Shown here piece by piece: positions 18,567-29,015 of a stretch of DNA of 37,859 nucleotides (position 1 is the first letter of the stretch; every line of letters starts with the position of its first letter). The translations under genes were made by a program, and so were the position numbers. Source of the stretch: Sphingobacterium sp. (lineage in GTDB: Bacteria > Bacteroidota > Bacteroidia > Sphingobacteriales > Sphingobacteriaceae); contig JASLCA010000287.1 in NCBI GenBank assembly GCA_030146225.1, positions 1 to 37,859 of the forward strand, read 5' to 3'. Under the pieces are notes generated by a model, which saw only the letters and a program-made list of their open reading frames with translations, had not been told where the DNA came from and ran no database searches.

Positions 18567-18734
18567 AAAATTAAATTTTACTAGTTTCTCTAAAGATATT
18601 GATTTATTTCAAAAAAACGGGCACAAATCGCATAAAATAAAGCGCAAAAGCATTATTTTTTTTCGTTAACAGCCTGAATATTGCTATCTTAAGATAATCA
18701 TCATAAAACCCAAAGAAATCCTATACCATCAACT

Positions 18735-19292
18735 ATGAGAAGCAATAGACTAGTCGACGATTTAACTACAGCATTACGTCGAGCTGATCAAAGCGCGTAT
18801 AAAATGCTGCATGCGGAATTAATTAAGAGCAATTGGCAGCTCGGGAAAATACTGACCGAAGCCGATGCTGTGGATTCCCTAAGTAGTGCTGACTTACAGC
18901 AGTTAAGCCTAGAACTTTCGGAGCTATATGGGATTGATATAAAGGCTACAGATCTACAGCTCTACATGCAGTTTTACAGACAGCACCCTATCCTCGACAA
19001 GCTTTCTATGGAGCTCTTATGGACTCACTATCTCCTGCTGCTACCAGTTAAAGATGACTTAGCAAGGGCATTTTATCAATGGCAGGCAGCCAAGGAACAA
19101 TGGACCATTGCCCAGCTGCAAGAGTATATAAGTCTCAATCTATTTGAAAAGTTTAAGCAAGAGCGAAGAGAAAATAGAGAATTTACAAAGCCCAGAAGCG
19201 CTGCCCCTGCTCGAGCAGATGGCCTACATACCTCGGACATTCACCTGCATAACTTTCTGATGCGCTTCCAAAAGCAATCCTCAACAACTTAA
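18735..19292 (+). CDS. YhcG/DUF1016 N-terminal-domain protein, nuclease domain absent
   Basis: WQLGKIL, LLWTHYLLLL, ARAFY...EQWTIAQL...LFEK resemble the YhcG N-domain; ends at 185 aa. Confidence 0.7.
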   Translation: MRSNRLVDDLTTALRRADQSAYKMLHAELIKSNWQLGKILTEADAVDSLSSADLQQLSLELSELYGIDIKATDLQLYMQFYRQHPILDKLSMELLWTHYLLLLPVKDDLARAFYQWQAAKEQWTIAQLQEYISLNLFEKFKQERRENREFTKPRSAAPARADGLHTSDIHLHNFLMRFQKQSSTT

Positions 19293-19695
19293 GCTACATC
19301 CCGTACGAAGGCCTGTACCTATTATGCTTAAAATACCAGAATTTTATCGCTAAACAATAAATATTATTTTAATCCATATTAAATCCACTTAAATAGATTA
19401 AATACTTATTTTTGCGACGATAAGAAAATTCTTTTACATCGCATCCTATGGCATTGATAAGGGAATTCTATGAAAGCATTATTCCGCAGGAATAACGGAC
19501 TTAAGGTTTGAAGATTTTTAAGCTAAGAAATTGTATCTTGAGTTTTAATTGAAACAGTTCCAAGCACAGCGAGAAGAATTGTTAGCTGCTACAACGAGTA
19601 CAGCTAGCCTAATTCTTAGCGCTAGATTGTATTCAGGTTAAAAGCTACAGTAGGGAGTTTGAGAATTTTTTTATTGAAAGCGAATAAAAACACTT

Positions 19696-22600
19696 ATGAA
19701 GAAGGAATCTATCCAAAGGTGGAAAATTTTCACAGGCATTATAGCCGCTTATATTATTGTACTCAGCATTGTTGTCTTTTTCTTCAGCACCTTGTCGCGC
19801 AAGGTGGATGACATCAAAGTGCTGACCGATCGCATGCAAGATCGAATTGATCTTCTCGATGAAATTGATCAACTATTTATTGCTGCTGTACAGCAGAAAG
19901 GCATGTATTTCTTTGCCAACGATCCCCAAGCCCTTATCCGATTAGCCACTATAAATAGTGAAATCCAACGCCCTTTAAAGAAGCTAAAAGGCCTCACGGC
20001 AAACAATAAGGATGCGGCTTCACACCTAGAGGTTTTATCGCGTAGGTTTCAACAGTTTTTCAGCCGAGAGGAGCTGCGTGCACAGGAGAGTAATTCTAGC
20101 AAATTAAAGGCTGACTTTCTGGCTAGTGAGCAATCTATCTCGCACAAGGAAATTATTATCCTACGGCAAGAGCTTGTCGAAAGCAAGCAAAGAGAAACTA
20201 CGGATATTTACAATGAAATTAAAAGCATTAAGCGTACCAGCTATATCCTAACGGCCTTGCCTTTTCTTTTTGTAATCTTCCTATTTAGTCGCATAATACG
20301 CATTTTCAAAGAGCTGGGCCTTCGCTCTAAACAGACCCACCTACTAAACAAGGAGCTACAAGGGGTACGTACGGACATTGAAGATGCCAACTGGGTGCTT
20401 CAGGAATCTAGCGTGCTCAATGAGGCCATTAGCGGGCTGGATCATGAGGAGGAGATTGCGCAAGTGAGCTTTGATACAGTCCTAGGATCCCTTGGATTTT
20501 ATGCAGGAACCATGTATATCAAAAAGATGGATTCTCAGGAATATCGCCTCAAACGCAAAACTGGAATAAACAAAGACAGCTTAGTCCTCAGCAGTTTTAT
20601 TGAAGGGGAAGGACTTCTCGGACAAGTTACCGAAGCCAAGGGGATCCGAGTTATTGAAGCAGTAGAGGAGCGCTTGATACAATCTGCTTCCTCCTTGACT
20701 ACTGACGTTATCAAGCAGGTTATACTCATCCCTTTGGTCTATGAAAATCAAACCCTAGGCATCCTGGAGATTGGTGGAGAATTTGATGCGGACACAATTC
20801 GGCCTCGAATATTAAGGTATCTGCAACGCATCTCCAGAACGATCGCAATGACGATCAAATTTGGTCAAAGCCGTACACAAGTAGAGCATCTTTTAGAAGA
20901 GACGCAACAGCAGGCAGAAGAACTGGAAGCGCAACAGGAAGAGCTCCGTATCACTAACGAAGAGCTAATCTATAAGACCAATCTATTGGAAGCATCCGAG
21001 GAAGAGTTAAGGGTGCAACAAGAAGAGCTTCAACAGTCCAACACGGAGCTGGAAGAGAAGGCTAAACAGCTGGAAGTCCGCAACGAAGAGCTTAACACGG
21101 CACAAATCGTGGTAGAGGAAAAGATTCAGGAGGTTGAACTTGCGAGTAAATACAAGTCCGAATTTATGGCCAACATGAGTCATGAACTGCGCACTCCACT
21201 CAACAGCATACTGATCCTTGCGAAATTGCTGCAAGGCAATGCCAACCTAACTCCTGAACAGGTAAAATTTGCTTCAGTAATTCATGGAGCAGGTAGCGAC
21301 TTGCTGGAATTAATTAATCAACTGCTTGACCTCGCTAAGATAGAGTCTGGCAAAGTGGAGTTAAACTACGAACGCATAAACCTGATTGAATTTACGGATA
21401 ATATGGAAGGCCTATTTGCCGTAAATGCCAAGGAGAAAGAAATCCAATTTAATATCCTGATCGACAAAGATGTACCCACAGACTTTGTCTCGGATGAATA
21501 CCGGCTAGAGCAGGTGCTGAAAAACTTCCTGTCCAATGCCTTTAAGTTTACAGATAAGAAAGGTGAAATCCAGCTTAAGATCAATGCCGATGAAGAGCAT
21601 TTGCGCTTTGTAGTGAGCGACAACGGCAAAGGGATTACGCCCGAGAAACAGCAGCTAATCTTTGAGGCTTTCCGCCAAGAAGATGGCTCTACTAGCCGTA
21701 AATACGGAGGTACTGGACTCGGCCTATCCATTAGCAAGGAGATTGCTAGCCTCTTAGGGGGCCGCATAACCTTAGAAAGCACCTTGGGCGCAGGAAGTAT
21801 ATTTACCTTAATTATCCCGCTTCAAAAGCCCGAGGCCATAGCCATCCCGGATACTGCCCCAGCAATAGCTCCAGAAAGACCGCAAGTAATACTACCAAAA
21901 AGCAATCCTGTAGTGGTTAGTAAGGCCAGTAAGTTTGGGAGTGGCAATGAGGTAAATGAGAAAAACCTACTTATTATTGAAGATGATGGAAACTTCGCAG
22001 ATATTCTGAAAAACTTTGCTGAAGATTATGGCTTTACAGTGATGCTGGCACATGATGGTGCTGATGGCATTCAAAAAGCCATGCAATACAAGCCCCATGC
22101 GGTTATTGTTGATGTCATGTTGCCGATATCAGATGGCTGGGAGGTTTTACGCACCTTAAAGGCTTCTCCCGAGACCAAGCATATCCCAATACATATGATG
22201 TCCGCGGCCAGCTTTAATCAGCGTGCCTTTATAGAGTCTGGGGCTATTGGCTTCTTGGCAAAGCCCATCTCCGAGGAGTCCTTAAAAAAGGCCTTTGAGA
22301 ATATTCACCTTAATATTCGGGAAGGCATTAAGAAGATCTTGTTGATTGAAGATCAAGAATTTCAAAGCCAGATTATTAAATCTGCCTTTGCCGAGAAAGA
22401 TATTAATGTCATTCAAGCATTTTCGGCGCAATCAGCATTAATTAAGCTCGAAGAGGAAGACAATATTGACTGTATAATACTGGATATTAAACTCCCAGAT
22501 GCAGATGGCCTGCACTTATTGGATCAGATAAAAGCGCTACCTAAATATCTGGAAACGCCGATAATTATCAATACGGCCTATGACTTAAATAAAGAGCAGA

Positions 22601-23142
22601 TAAATCATATCCGCCAACATACCAAGGCCATGATTATTAAGTCTAGTAAAAGCAATAATCGCCTGATAGATGAGGTCAATCTTTTCCTGAATAAGATTAG
22701 CTCGGAGGATTATTCGCCCTTGAAAAACATTGCGAGACTCGATACGGTCAACAAGCATACCGATAGCCTAACGGGCAAGAAGGTCTTGATTGCGGATGAT
22801 GATATGCGGAATATCTTTGCATTAACCACCGTCCTTCAGGAGTATAATATGGAGGTTGAGATTGCCAATAATGGGATTGAGGCCGTGGATATCGTTAAAA
22901 ACAACCCCGGCAAGATTGATATTGTACTGATGGATATTATGATGCCTGAGATGGATGGCTATGAGGCAATTGGCAAAATCAGAGCGGACAAGGAGAATGA
23001 AAAGCTGCCCATTATTGCCGTTACGGCCAAAGCCATGAAGGGGGATCGTGAAAAGTCTATGCAGATTGGAGCCAACGACTATATTAGCAAGCCAATTGAC
23101 ATTGATAAATTAGTATCTTTAATGCGTGTATGGCTAAGTTAA
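19696..23142 (+). CDS. Hybrid sensor kinase (2 TM with CHASE3-like sensor, GAF, coiled coil, HisKA, HATPase, 3 receivers)
   Basis: FMANMSHELRTPLN, NFLSNAFKFT, DNGKGI, GGTGLGL; three receiver domains with conserved Asp (VDVMLP, LDIKLP, MDIMMP). Confidence 0.93.
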   Translation: MKKESIQRWKIFTGIIAAYIIVLSIVVFFFSTLSRKVDDIKVLTDRMQDRIDLLDEIDQLFIAAVQQKGMYFFANDPQALIRLATINSEIQRPLKKLKGLTANNKDAASHLEVLSRRFQQFFSREELRAQESNSSKLKADFLASEQSISHKEIIILRQELVESKQRETTDIYNEIKSIKRTSYILTALPFLFVIFLFSRIIRIFKELGLRSKQTHLLNKELQGVRTDIEDANWVLQESSVLNEAISGLDHEEEIAQVSFDTVLGSLGFYAGTMYIKKMDSQEYRLKRKTGINKDSLVLSSFIEGEGLLGQVTEAKGIRVIEAVEERLIQSASSLTTDVIKQVILIPLVYENQTLGILEIGGEFDADTIRPRILRYLQRISRTIAMTIKFGQSRTQVEHLLEETQQQAEELEAQQEELRITNEELIYKTNLLEASEEELRVQQEELQQSNTELEEKAKQLEVRNEELNTAQIVVEEKIQEVELASKYKSEFMANMSHELRTPLNSILILAKLLQGNANLTPEQVKFASVIHGAGSDLLELINQLLDLAKIESGKVELNYERINLIEFTDNMEGLFAVNAKEKEIQFNILIDKDVPTDFVSDEYRLEQVLKNFLSNAFKFTDKKGEIQLKINADEEHLRFVVSDNGKGITPEKQQLIFEAFRQEDGSTSRKYGGTGLGLSISKEIASLLGGRITLESTLGAGSIFTLIIPLQKPEAIAIPDTAPAIAPERPQVILPKSNPVVVSKASKFGSGNEVNEKNLLIIEDDGNFADILKNFAEDYGFTVMLAHDGADGIQKAMQYKPHAVIVDVMLPISDGWEVLRTLKASPETKHIPIHMMSAASFNQRAFIESGAIGFLAKPISEESLKKAFENIHLNIREGIKKILLIEDQEFQSQIIKSAFAEKDINVIQAFSAQSALIKLEEEDNIDCIILDIKLPDADGLHLLDQIKALPKYLETPIIINTAYDLNKEQINHIRQHTKAMIIKSSKSNNRLIDEVNLFLNKISSEDYSPLKNIARLDTVNKHTDSLTGKKVLIADDDMRNIFALTTVLQEYNMEVEIANNGIEAVDIVKNNPGKIDIVLMDIMMPEMDGYEAIGKIRADKENEKLPIIAVTAKAMKGDREKSMQIGANDYISKPIDIDKLVSLMRVWLS

Positions 23143-23960
23143 CAACATCTGTGATATCCTTTTCAGAACTGGATGACCTTATTCTTCTGATGCAGAATAC
23201 CTCTGGCTTTGATTTTGCTGGCTACAGCAAATCTTCATTAAAACGAAGGATCCAGCGGATTATGGACTTGGAAAGGATGGATCTTGTGGACTTAAAGAAT
23301 GCCCTAGTTAATATTGAATCCTTTCAAGCCTTTCTCATAAATGAAGTCACCGTAAATGTTACGGAGATGTTTCGGGATCCCCAATACTACGCAGCACTTG
23401 CCGCCGATGTACTCCCCTACTTAGAGACTTATCCCAGATTAAAGTTTTGGAGTGCGGGCTGCTCTACGGGTGAAGAGGTGTACTCCTTGGCGATCTTACT
23501 CGAAGAGCACGGCCTTTACAATAGGAGTTTTATCTATGGAACAGATATCAACAGCCAGGTCCTAGAGACTGCTAGAAAAGGCATCTATCCCCTAAAAAAG
23601 ATTAAGACCTATTCGGAGAATTACAATGCCAGTGGTGCTCAACACAGTCTTTCCGACTATTATACGGCCAAGTATGATGCCGCAATTATCAACACCAATA
23701 TCCGTAAGAACATCTTATTTTCACAACATAATCTCGCTGGAGACTATATCTTTAATGAGTTTCAATTTATCTCCTGCAGAAATGTATTAATATATTTTGA
23801 TTTAGAATTGCAGCGTAAGGTCTTTGACCTTTTTTATGAATCCTTAAGTGAGTTTGGATTCCTCTGCCTAGGTTCAAAAGAAAGCTTAAGCAACCATGAG
23901 ATTATTTCTAAATTTAAGGTAATCAACAAAGAGTTTAATATATACCAAAAGATTAAATGA
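23130..23960 (+). CDS. cheR: CheR-type protein-glutamate O-methyltransferase
   Basis: TVNVTEMFRDP, WSAGCSTGEEVYS, GTDIN, CRNVLIYF, LGSKES. Confidence 0.93.
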   Translation: MAKLTTSVISFSELDDLILLMQNTSGFDFAGYSKSSLKRRIQRIMDLERMDLVDLKNALVNIESFQAFLINEVTVNVTEMFRDPQYYAALAADVLPYLETYPRLKFWSAGCSTGEEVYSLAILLEEHGLYNRSFIYGTDINSQVLETARKGIYPLKKIKTYSENYNASGAQHSLSDYYTAKYDAAIINTNIRKNILFSQHNLAGDYIFNEFQFISCRNVLIYFDLELQRKVFDLFYESLSEFGFLCLGSKESLSNHEIISKFKVINKEFNIYQKIK

Positions 23961-24526
23961 AAGATAAGGCTAGAGAATTGATCTTGATCGGAGGCAGCGC
24001 TGGCTCTTATAACCTTATCGTAGAAATCTTAGAGGCGCTCCCTGCTGTGTTTAGCCCCGCAATTGTGATCACAATTCATAGAAACCCGAAGTATAGCACC
24101 AAAATTGAAGAGACCTTAGCCCAGCGCCTACAGCGTAATATTTTTCAAGCTAAAGATAAAGACCCCATAATGGGCAATATAGTCTACTTTGCTGGCCCAG
24201 GCTATCATCTACTGGTGGAGCCAAATCTCACCTTTGCCTTGGATATCTCGGATCATATTCAGTATTCTAGGCCCTCTATCGATGTGCTTTTTGAATCTGC
24301 AGCGGATGTCTACGAAGACAATTGCACGGCCTTTTTATTGTCCGGAGCCAATAAAGATGGTGCCCAAGGCATTAAGCATGTACATGACATGGGGGGGAAA
24401 ACCTATATTCAATCTCCAGAGGAGGCGCTTATATCCACAATGCCGGAAAGTGCTATTTATTTAAGTCAAGAAACAACTATCTGCCCTAACGAGGAAATAA
24501 TATCTTATTTTAGCTCTTTAAAATAA
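23957..24526 (+). CDS. cheB: Stand-alone CheB methylesterase (no receiver domain)
   Basis: GGSAG (Ser), IHR (His), RPSIDVLFESAA, LSGANKDG (Asp), MP; ATGA overlap with cheR. Confidence 0.9.
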   Translation: MKDKARELILIGGSAGSYNLIVEILEALPAVFSPAIVITIHRNPKYSTKIEETLAQRLQRNIFQAKDKDPIMGNIVYFAGPGYHLLVEPNLTFALDISDHIQYSRPSIDVLFESAADVYEDNCTAFLLSGANKDGAQGIKHVHDMGGKTYIQSPEEALISTMPESAIYLSQETTICPNEEIISYFSSLK

Positions 24527-24533
24527 CGGTTCT

Positions 24534-26153
24534 ATGAAAAATGTTAATCTGCTTGTACTTGACGACAAAGAAGAAAACATCATTAGTCTCTCTGCTCTTC
24601 TTTCACATATCGATCATATCAATATTATTAGCTCTACGGATCCTAATGATGCGCTCAAAATATGTTGGAAAAATGATATATCCATAGCCTTGGTAGATGT
24701 GCAAATGCCTGACATCAACGGCTTTGAATTTGTATCCTTATTAAAATCCAACCCAAAGACCAGCCATATTACGGCAATTATGGTAACGGCCATCTCCAAA
24801 GAAGATAAATACCTCTTAAAGGGCCTGGAAAGTGGAGCTGTGGATTATCTTTACAAGCCCTTAAACCCAGAGATTACCATTGCTAAGGTGACCTCTTTTG
24901 TCAAGCAGATACATATTCAAGAAGAGATAAAGCAAAAAAATATTGCCTTAGAGGAATCCCGTAAAGAGCTTATTCTAGCTAAGGAGGAAGCTGAAGAGGC
25001 AAGAAAATCTAAAGAGATTTTCTTGGCCAATATGAGTCATGAGATACGCACCCCTATCAATGGAATTATGGGCATAATCCATATCCTAATGGATTCCAAC
25101 CTCTCGGATCAACAGCGGGAATGGGTGACGCGATTGAATAATGTTTCGGATTCACTGCTGCTTATTGTTAATGATATCTTGGATATCTCCAAGATTGATT
25201 CAGGCATGATGCGGATTGAGCTGGAAAGTTTTTCGATTAAACAAAAGCTTATTGACATCAGTAATATTTTTAAAATTAAGGCCCAAAACAAAAAGCTGGA
25301 TTTTGAACTGGAGATGGATGATAAGCTGCCTGAATTTATTAAGAGTGACCCGCTGCGCCTACAGCAGATTATATACAATTTTGTTTCCAACAGCTTAAAG
25401 TTTACAGAAGCAGGAAAAATCACCCTTAAGGTTGATGTCTTAGCACAAAATCAAAACAAGCACCGCATTAAGTTCACCATTATCGACAGCGGTATAGGGA
25501 TTAAGGAAGAGTCTTTAAAGAAGATATTTTTAGCCTTTGAGCAGGGGGATGATGGCATTACCAAAAAATTTGGGGGCACGGGCCTGGGGCTGGCTATTGT
25601 AAAGCGACTGGCGGATTTACTCGAAGGGGAGGTAACAGCCATAAGCCACTTTGGCGTTGGCTCGGAGTTTTCATTTGAGGCAGAATTTGAGGAAGCTGAG
25701 CAGTATCCACAAAGTACAGCTATAGTAGAAGAAAATGCCGTACAATTGGAAAATTTCAATGCGGTTAAGATCCTGGTCGCTGAGGACAATGAGCTTAACA
25801 GTATTATGCTGGTACATATCCTGGAGTCTTGGGGTTGTATTGTCGACACCGTTAAAAATGGTAGACAGGCAGTGGATCATGTAAACAATCATGATTATGA
25901 TTTAATCATGATGGATACACATATGCCTATTATGTCGGGCTTTGAAGCGATCAAGGCTATTCGCAAACATAAAGAAGCCGCTAAGTCATTGACTCCTATT
26001 ATTACCATTTCGGCTTCAGTGCTTGAGCATGAGCAGGCCTCTGCCTATGAGGCTGGCGCGGATGCAGTAATTGGAAAGCCCTTTAACCCCACAGATTTAC
26101 ATAAGAAGATAACTCAATTGACAGCAAAGCACAAAGTGACGCCCATATTATAA
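24534..26153 (+). CDS. Cytoplasmic hybrid kinase (REC-HisKA-HATPase-REC)
   Basis: VDVQMP, FLANMSHEIRTPIN, GGTGLGL, MDTHMP. Confidence 0.93.
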   Translation: MKNVNLLVLDDKEENIISLSALLSHIDHINIISSTDPNDALKICWKNDISIALVDVQMPDINGFEFVSLLKSNPKTSHITAIMVTAISKEDKYLLKGLESGAVDYLYKPLNPEITIAKVTSFVKQIHIQEEIKQKNIALEESRKELILAKEEAEEARKSKEIFLANMSHEIRTPINGIMGIIHILMDSNLSDQQREWVTRLNNVSDSLLLIVNDILDISKIDSGMMRIELESFSIKQKLIDISNIFKIKAQNKKLDFELEMDDKLPEFIKSDPLRLQQIIYNFVSNSLKFTEAGKITLKVDVLAQNQNKHRIKFTIIDSGIGIKEESLKKIFLAFEQGDDGITKKFGGTGLGLAIVKRLADLLEGEVTAISHFGVGSEFSFEAEFEEAEQYPQSTAIVEENAVQLENFNAVKILVAEDNELNSIMLVHILESWGCIVDTVKNGRQAVDHVNNHDYDLIMMDTHMPIMSGFEAIKAIRKHKEAAKSLTPIITISASVLEHEQASAYEAGADAVIGKPFNPTDLHKKITQLTAKHKVTPIL

Positions 26154-26197
26154 AAATATTGCTAGTTTTGTGTGTAGCACACATATTTAAAGTTCAT

Positions 26198-26728
26198 ATG
26201 AAAAAATTATTTGTATTGCCAGCATTAGCTATTGCATTGTCTCTAGCAGCTTGTGGCGGAGGTGAGAATAAGTCAGCAACAACCGTAGCAGAAGAAACGC
26301 CAACGGAGGAGACAACTTCGACTGAAACTGTTCCAGGTGTAGAAAATCTTGAGGTGTCCAATACCATCGTTATTGAAGGTAATGACCAAATGAAATTCAA
26401 CAAAGAATTGTTTCGTGTAAAGGCTGGAGAAGATATTGAATTAACATTGACAAATGTAGGTTCACTTCCGAAGGAACAAATGGGTCACAACCTTGTGGTA
26501 TTAAACCCAGGTGTTGATGTTATGACTTTCGGTGGCGAGGCAACTAGCGCAGCAGATAGTGATTACATTCCAAAAACATCCCTATCCTCTATCGCAGCTC
26601 ATACTAAATTATTAGGCCCAGGAGAATCTGATAAAATCAGCTTCAAACTTGACAAAGGTGTTTACACTTTTATCTGTAGCTTCCCAGGTCACTTTGGCAT
26701 GATGCAAGGTAAGATCGTAGCTGAGTAA
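26198..26728 (+). CDS. Lipid-anchored azurin-family blue copper protein
   Basis: LAAC lipobox, T/E-rich linker, GNDQMKFN, MGHN and CSFPGHFGMM type-1 Cu ligands; TAGTTTTG at 26163-26170 supports ATG 26198. Confidence 0.9.
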   Translation: MKKLFVLPALAIALSLAACGGGENKSATTVAEETPTEETTSTETVPGVENLEVSNTIVIEGNDQMKFNKELFRVKAGEDIELTLTNVGSLPKEQMGHNLVVLNPGVDVMTFGGEATSAADSDYIPKTSLSSIAAHTKLLGPGESDKISFKLDKGVYTFICSFPGHFGMMQGKIVAE

Positions 26729-26745
26729 GCTGCCTTTAAATATTT

Positions 26746-26774
26746 AAAAAGCACTCTTAAAGAGTGCTTTTTTT
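26746..26774 (+). terminator. Intrinsic terminator
   Basis: AAAAAGCACTCT-taa-AGAGTGCTTTTTTT. Confidence 0.88.
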
Positions 26775-26866
26775 ATGCCTAGAAGCTTGATTTTTTACAT
26801 CTTAAATACAATTAAGTATAATTTAATTAAGTAACTTTGAAACAGGAAACAATAAAGAAAATTTTT

Positions 26867-28273
26867 ATGCAATACGACGTAATCGTAATAGGAAGCGGCC
26901 CAGGTGGCTACGTAGGAGCCATCCGTTGTGCACAATTAGGATTAAAGACCGCTATAATTGAGAAGTATAGCACTTTTGGTGGTACCTGTCTAAATGTAGG
27001 CTGTATCCCTTCAAAAGCTTTGTTAGATACTTCTGAGCATTTTCATAATGCGGCGCACAGCTTTGGTACCCATGGTATCAGCCTGAGCAATCTTAAGATT
27101 GATGTAAAGAAGATGATTGAACGTAAGGACGATGTTATTGCTCAAAACACAGCAGGTATCACGTACTTATTCAAGAAAAACAAAATCGACTCCTTCGAAG
27201 GGGTAGGTTCTTTCGTTGATAAAAACACAATCAAACTGACAAAGAATGATGGTACAACTGAAGAGTTAAAAGCTAAGAATGTAATTATCGCGACTGGTTC
27301 TAAGCCTACGGCTTTACCTTTCTTACCTATTGATAAGAAACGCATTATTACTTCTACTGAAGCATTAAACCTGACTGAGGTTCCAAAACATCTAATCGTT
27401 ATCGGCGGTGGGGTTATTGGCTTGGAATTAGGATCCGTATATGCACGTCTAGGTGCCAAAGTATCGGTAGTAGAGTATGCAAAGTCTATTATCGGAACAA
27501 TGGATGCAGGCTTAGGAAAAGAATTACAACGTGTCTTAAAGAAATCTTTAGGCATGGAGTTCTTTATGGGCCACAAGGTGACTGGTGCTACAGCTAAGGG
27601 TAAGGTAGTTACCGTTACAGCTGAAGATGCTAAAGGTCAACTTGTATCTTTAGAAGGCGATTACTGTATTGTAGCTGTAGGAAGAACAGCATATTCGGAA
27701 GGCTTAGGCTTAGAGAATATTGGCATTAAAACTGAAGAAAGAGGCAATAAAATCCCAGTTAACGATCACTTAGAAACTACTGTTGAAGGTGTTTATGCTA
27801 TCGGAGACGTTATTAAAGGGGCTATGTTAGCACATAAAGCGGAAGACGAAGGTACTTATGTTGCGGAACGTATTGCGGGTCAAAAGCCACATATCGATTA
27901 CAACTTAATTCCAGGTGTAGTTTACACATGGCCAGAGGTTGCTTCTGTAGGTCAAACCGAAGAGCAATTAAAAGAGGCTGGTGTTAAATATAAATCGGGA
28001 TCATTCTCCTTTAAGGCATCCGGTCGTGCGAAAGCATCCGGGGATACAGATGGCTTCGTTAAGGTATTAGCAAATGCGGATACGGATGAGGTCTTAGGTG
28101 TTCACATGATTGGACCAAGAGCGGCAGATATGATTGCTGAGGCTGTGGTTGCCATGGAGTACCGCGCATCTGCTGAAGATATAGGTCGTATATGCCATGC
28201 GCACCCTACCTATACGGAAGCCTTTAAAGAAGCGGCTTTAGCTGCTACTGCAAATAGATCAATTCACGCATAA
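26867..28273 (+). CDS. lpdA: Dihydrolipoyl dehydrogenase (paralog 1)
   Basis: GSGPGG, GGTCLNVGCIPSK, GGGVIG, HAHPTYTE; TAACTTTG at 26832-26839 supports ATG 26867. Confidence 0.95.
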   Translation: MQYDVIVIGSGPGGYVGAIRCAQLGLKTAIIEKYSTFGGTCLNVGCIPSKALLDTSEHFHNAAHSFGTHGISLSNLKIDVKKMIERKDDVIAQNTAGITYLFKKNKIDSFEGVGSFVDKNTIKLTKNDGTTEELKAKNVIIATGSKPTALPFLPIDKKRIITSTEALNLTEVPKHLIVIGGGVIGLELGSVYARLGAKVSVVEYAKSIIGTMDAGLGKELQRVLKKSLGMEFFMGHKVTGATAKGKVVTVTAEDAKGQLVSLEGDYCIVAVGRTAYSEGLGLENIGIKTEERGNKIPVNDHLETTVEGVYAIGDVIKGAMLAHKAEDEGTYVAERIAGQKPHIDYNLIPGVVYTWPEVASVGQTEEQLKEAGVKYKSGSFSFKASGRAKASGDTDGFVKVLANADTDEVLGVHMIGPRAADMIAEAVVAMEYRASAEDIGRICHAHPTYTEAFKEAALAATANRSIHA

Positions 28274-28276
28274 TAT

Positions 28277-28306
28277 AAAAAAGGCAAGAGTTTCTCTTGC
28301 CTTTTT
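28277..28306 (+). terminator. Intrinsic terminator
   Basis: AAAAAGGCAAGAG-ttt-CTCTTGCCTTTTT. Confidence 0.85.
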
Positions 28307-28323
28307 CATTGAACTCCCCTATT

Positions 28324-28722
28324 ATGAATTTTTATACTAGAAAATGGATTAAGCCAGAAGATCTAAACCCTAATGGCTCATTGTTTGGAGGGACCTTGTT
28401 ACGTTGGATTGATGAAGAAGCTGTTATTTACGCCATCGTTCAACTTGGCAATCCACATGTTGTTACCAAGTATATCTCCGAAATAAACTTTGTGAGCTCA
28501 GCTAAACAAGGCGATATTATTGAGATGGGTATAGAGGCCCTAGCTTTTGGCCGCACTTCCTTGTCTATGCGCTGTGAGGTACGCAACAAGATAACGCGAA
28601 AGACCATTCTCTCTATTGAAAAGATGGTTTTTGTGAATCTAGACCCAGCCGGCAATCCTACGCCGCACAATAAAACTGAAATAACCTATGCCTATATGGG
28701 CATTGAAAAGACTAACAGGTAA
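28324..28722 (+). CDS. Hotdog-fold acyl-CoA thioesterase
   Basis: DLNPNGSLFGGTLLRWIDE, FGRTS, MVFVNLD; start moved to ATG 28324. Confidence 0.88.
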   Translation: MNFYTRKWIKPEDLNPNGSLFGGTLLRWIDEEAVIYAIVQLGNPHVVTKYISEINFVSSAKQGDIIEMGIEALAFGRTSLSMRCEVRNKITRKTILSIEKMVFVNLDPAGNPTPHNKTEITYAYMGIEKTNR

Positions 28723-28724
28723 GC

Positions 28725-29015
28725 CTACTTACCTGTTACTAATTGTCTTTTAACATCTTTCTCTACCCAAAACGATACAATAGGTATTAGGGACAAAACC
28801 ATGTATTTGGCTACCCTACCGAAAGACCACTTGTATTCATTCCAACACATAATAAGCAGTATAACGAATATAACGACTAGGAAGCCATGAATAGATCCAG
28901 CTACCTTTACTGCTTCAGGGACGTTTGCAAAGTATTTCAAGGGCATTGCCACAAAAAACAAAACAACCGTTGAAATCGCCTCCCAAAGGGCTACTTGTTG
29001 GAATATTCTTAACAT
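28725..29015 (-). CDS. DUF3817-like small membrane protein
   Basis: EAIS, VAMPLKY, GSIHG, SLIP motifs; TATGTTTG at 29045-29038. Confidence 0.8.
   Translation of the reverse strand: MLRIFQQVALWEAISTVVLFFVAMPLKYFANVPEAVKVAGSIHGFLVVIFVILLIMCWNEYKWSFGRVAKYMVLSLIPIVSFWVEKDVKRQLVTGK

Noticed and set aside
19293..19695. Short ORF MALIREFYESIIPQE and a TAGCTG...CAGCTA hairpin
   Set aside because: No promoter/terminator framing or other support.
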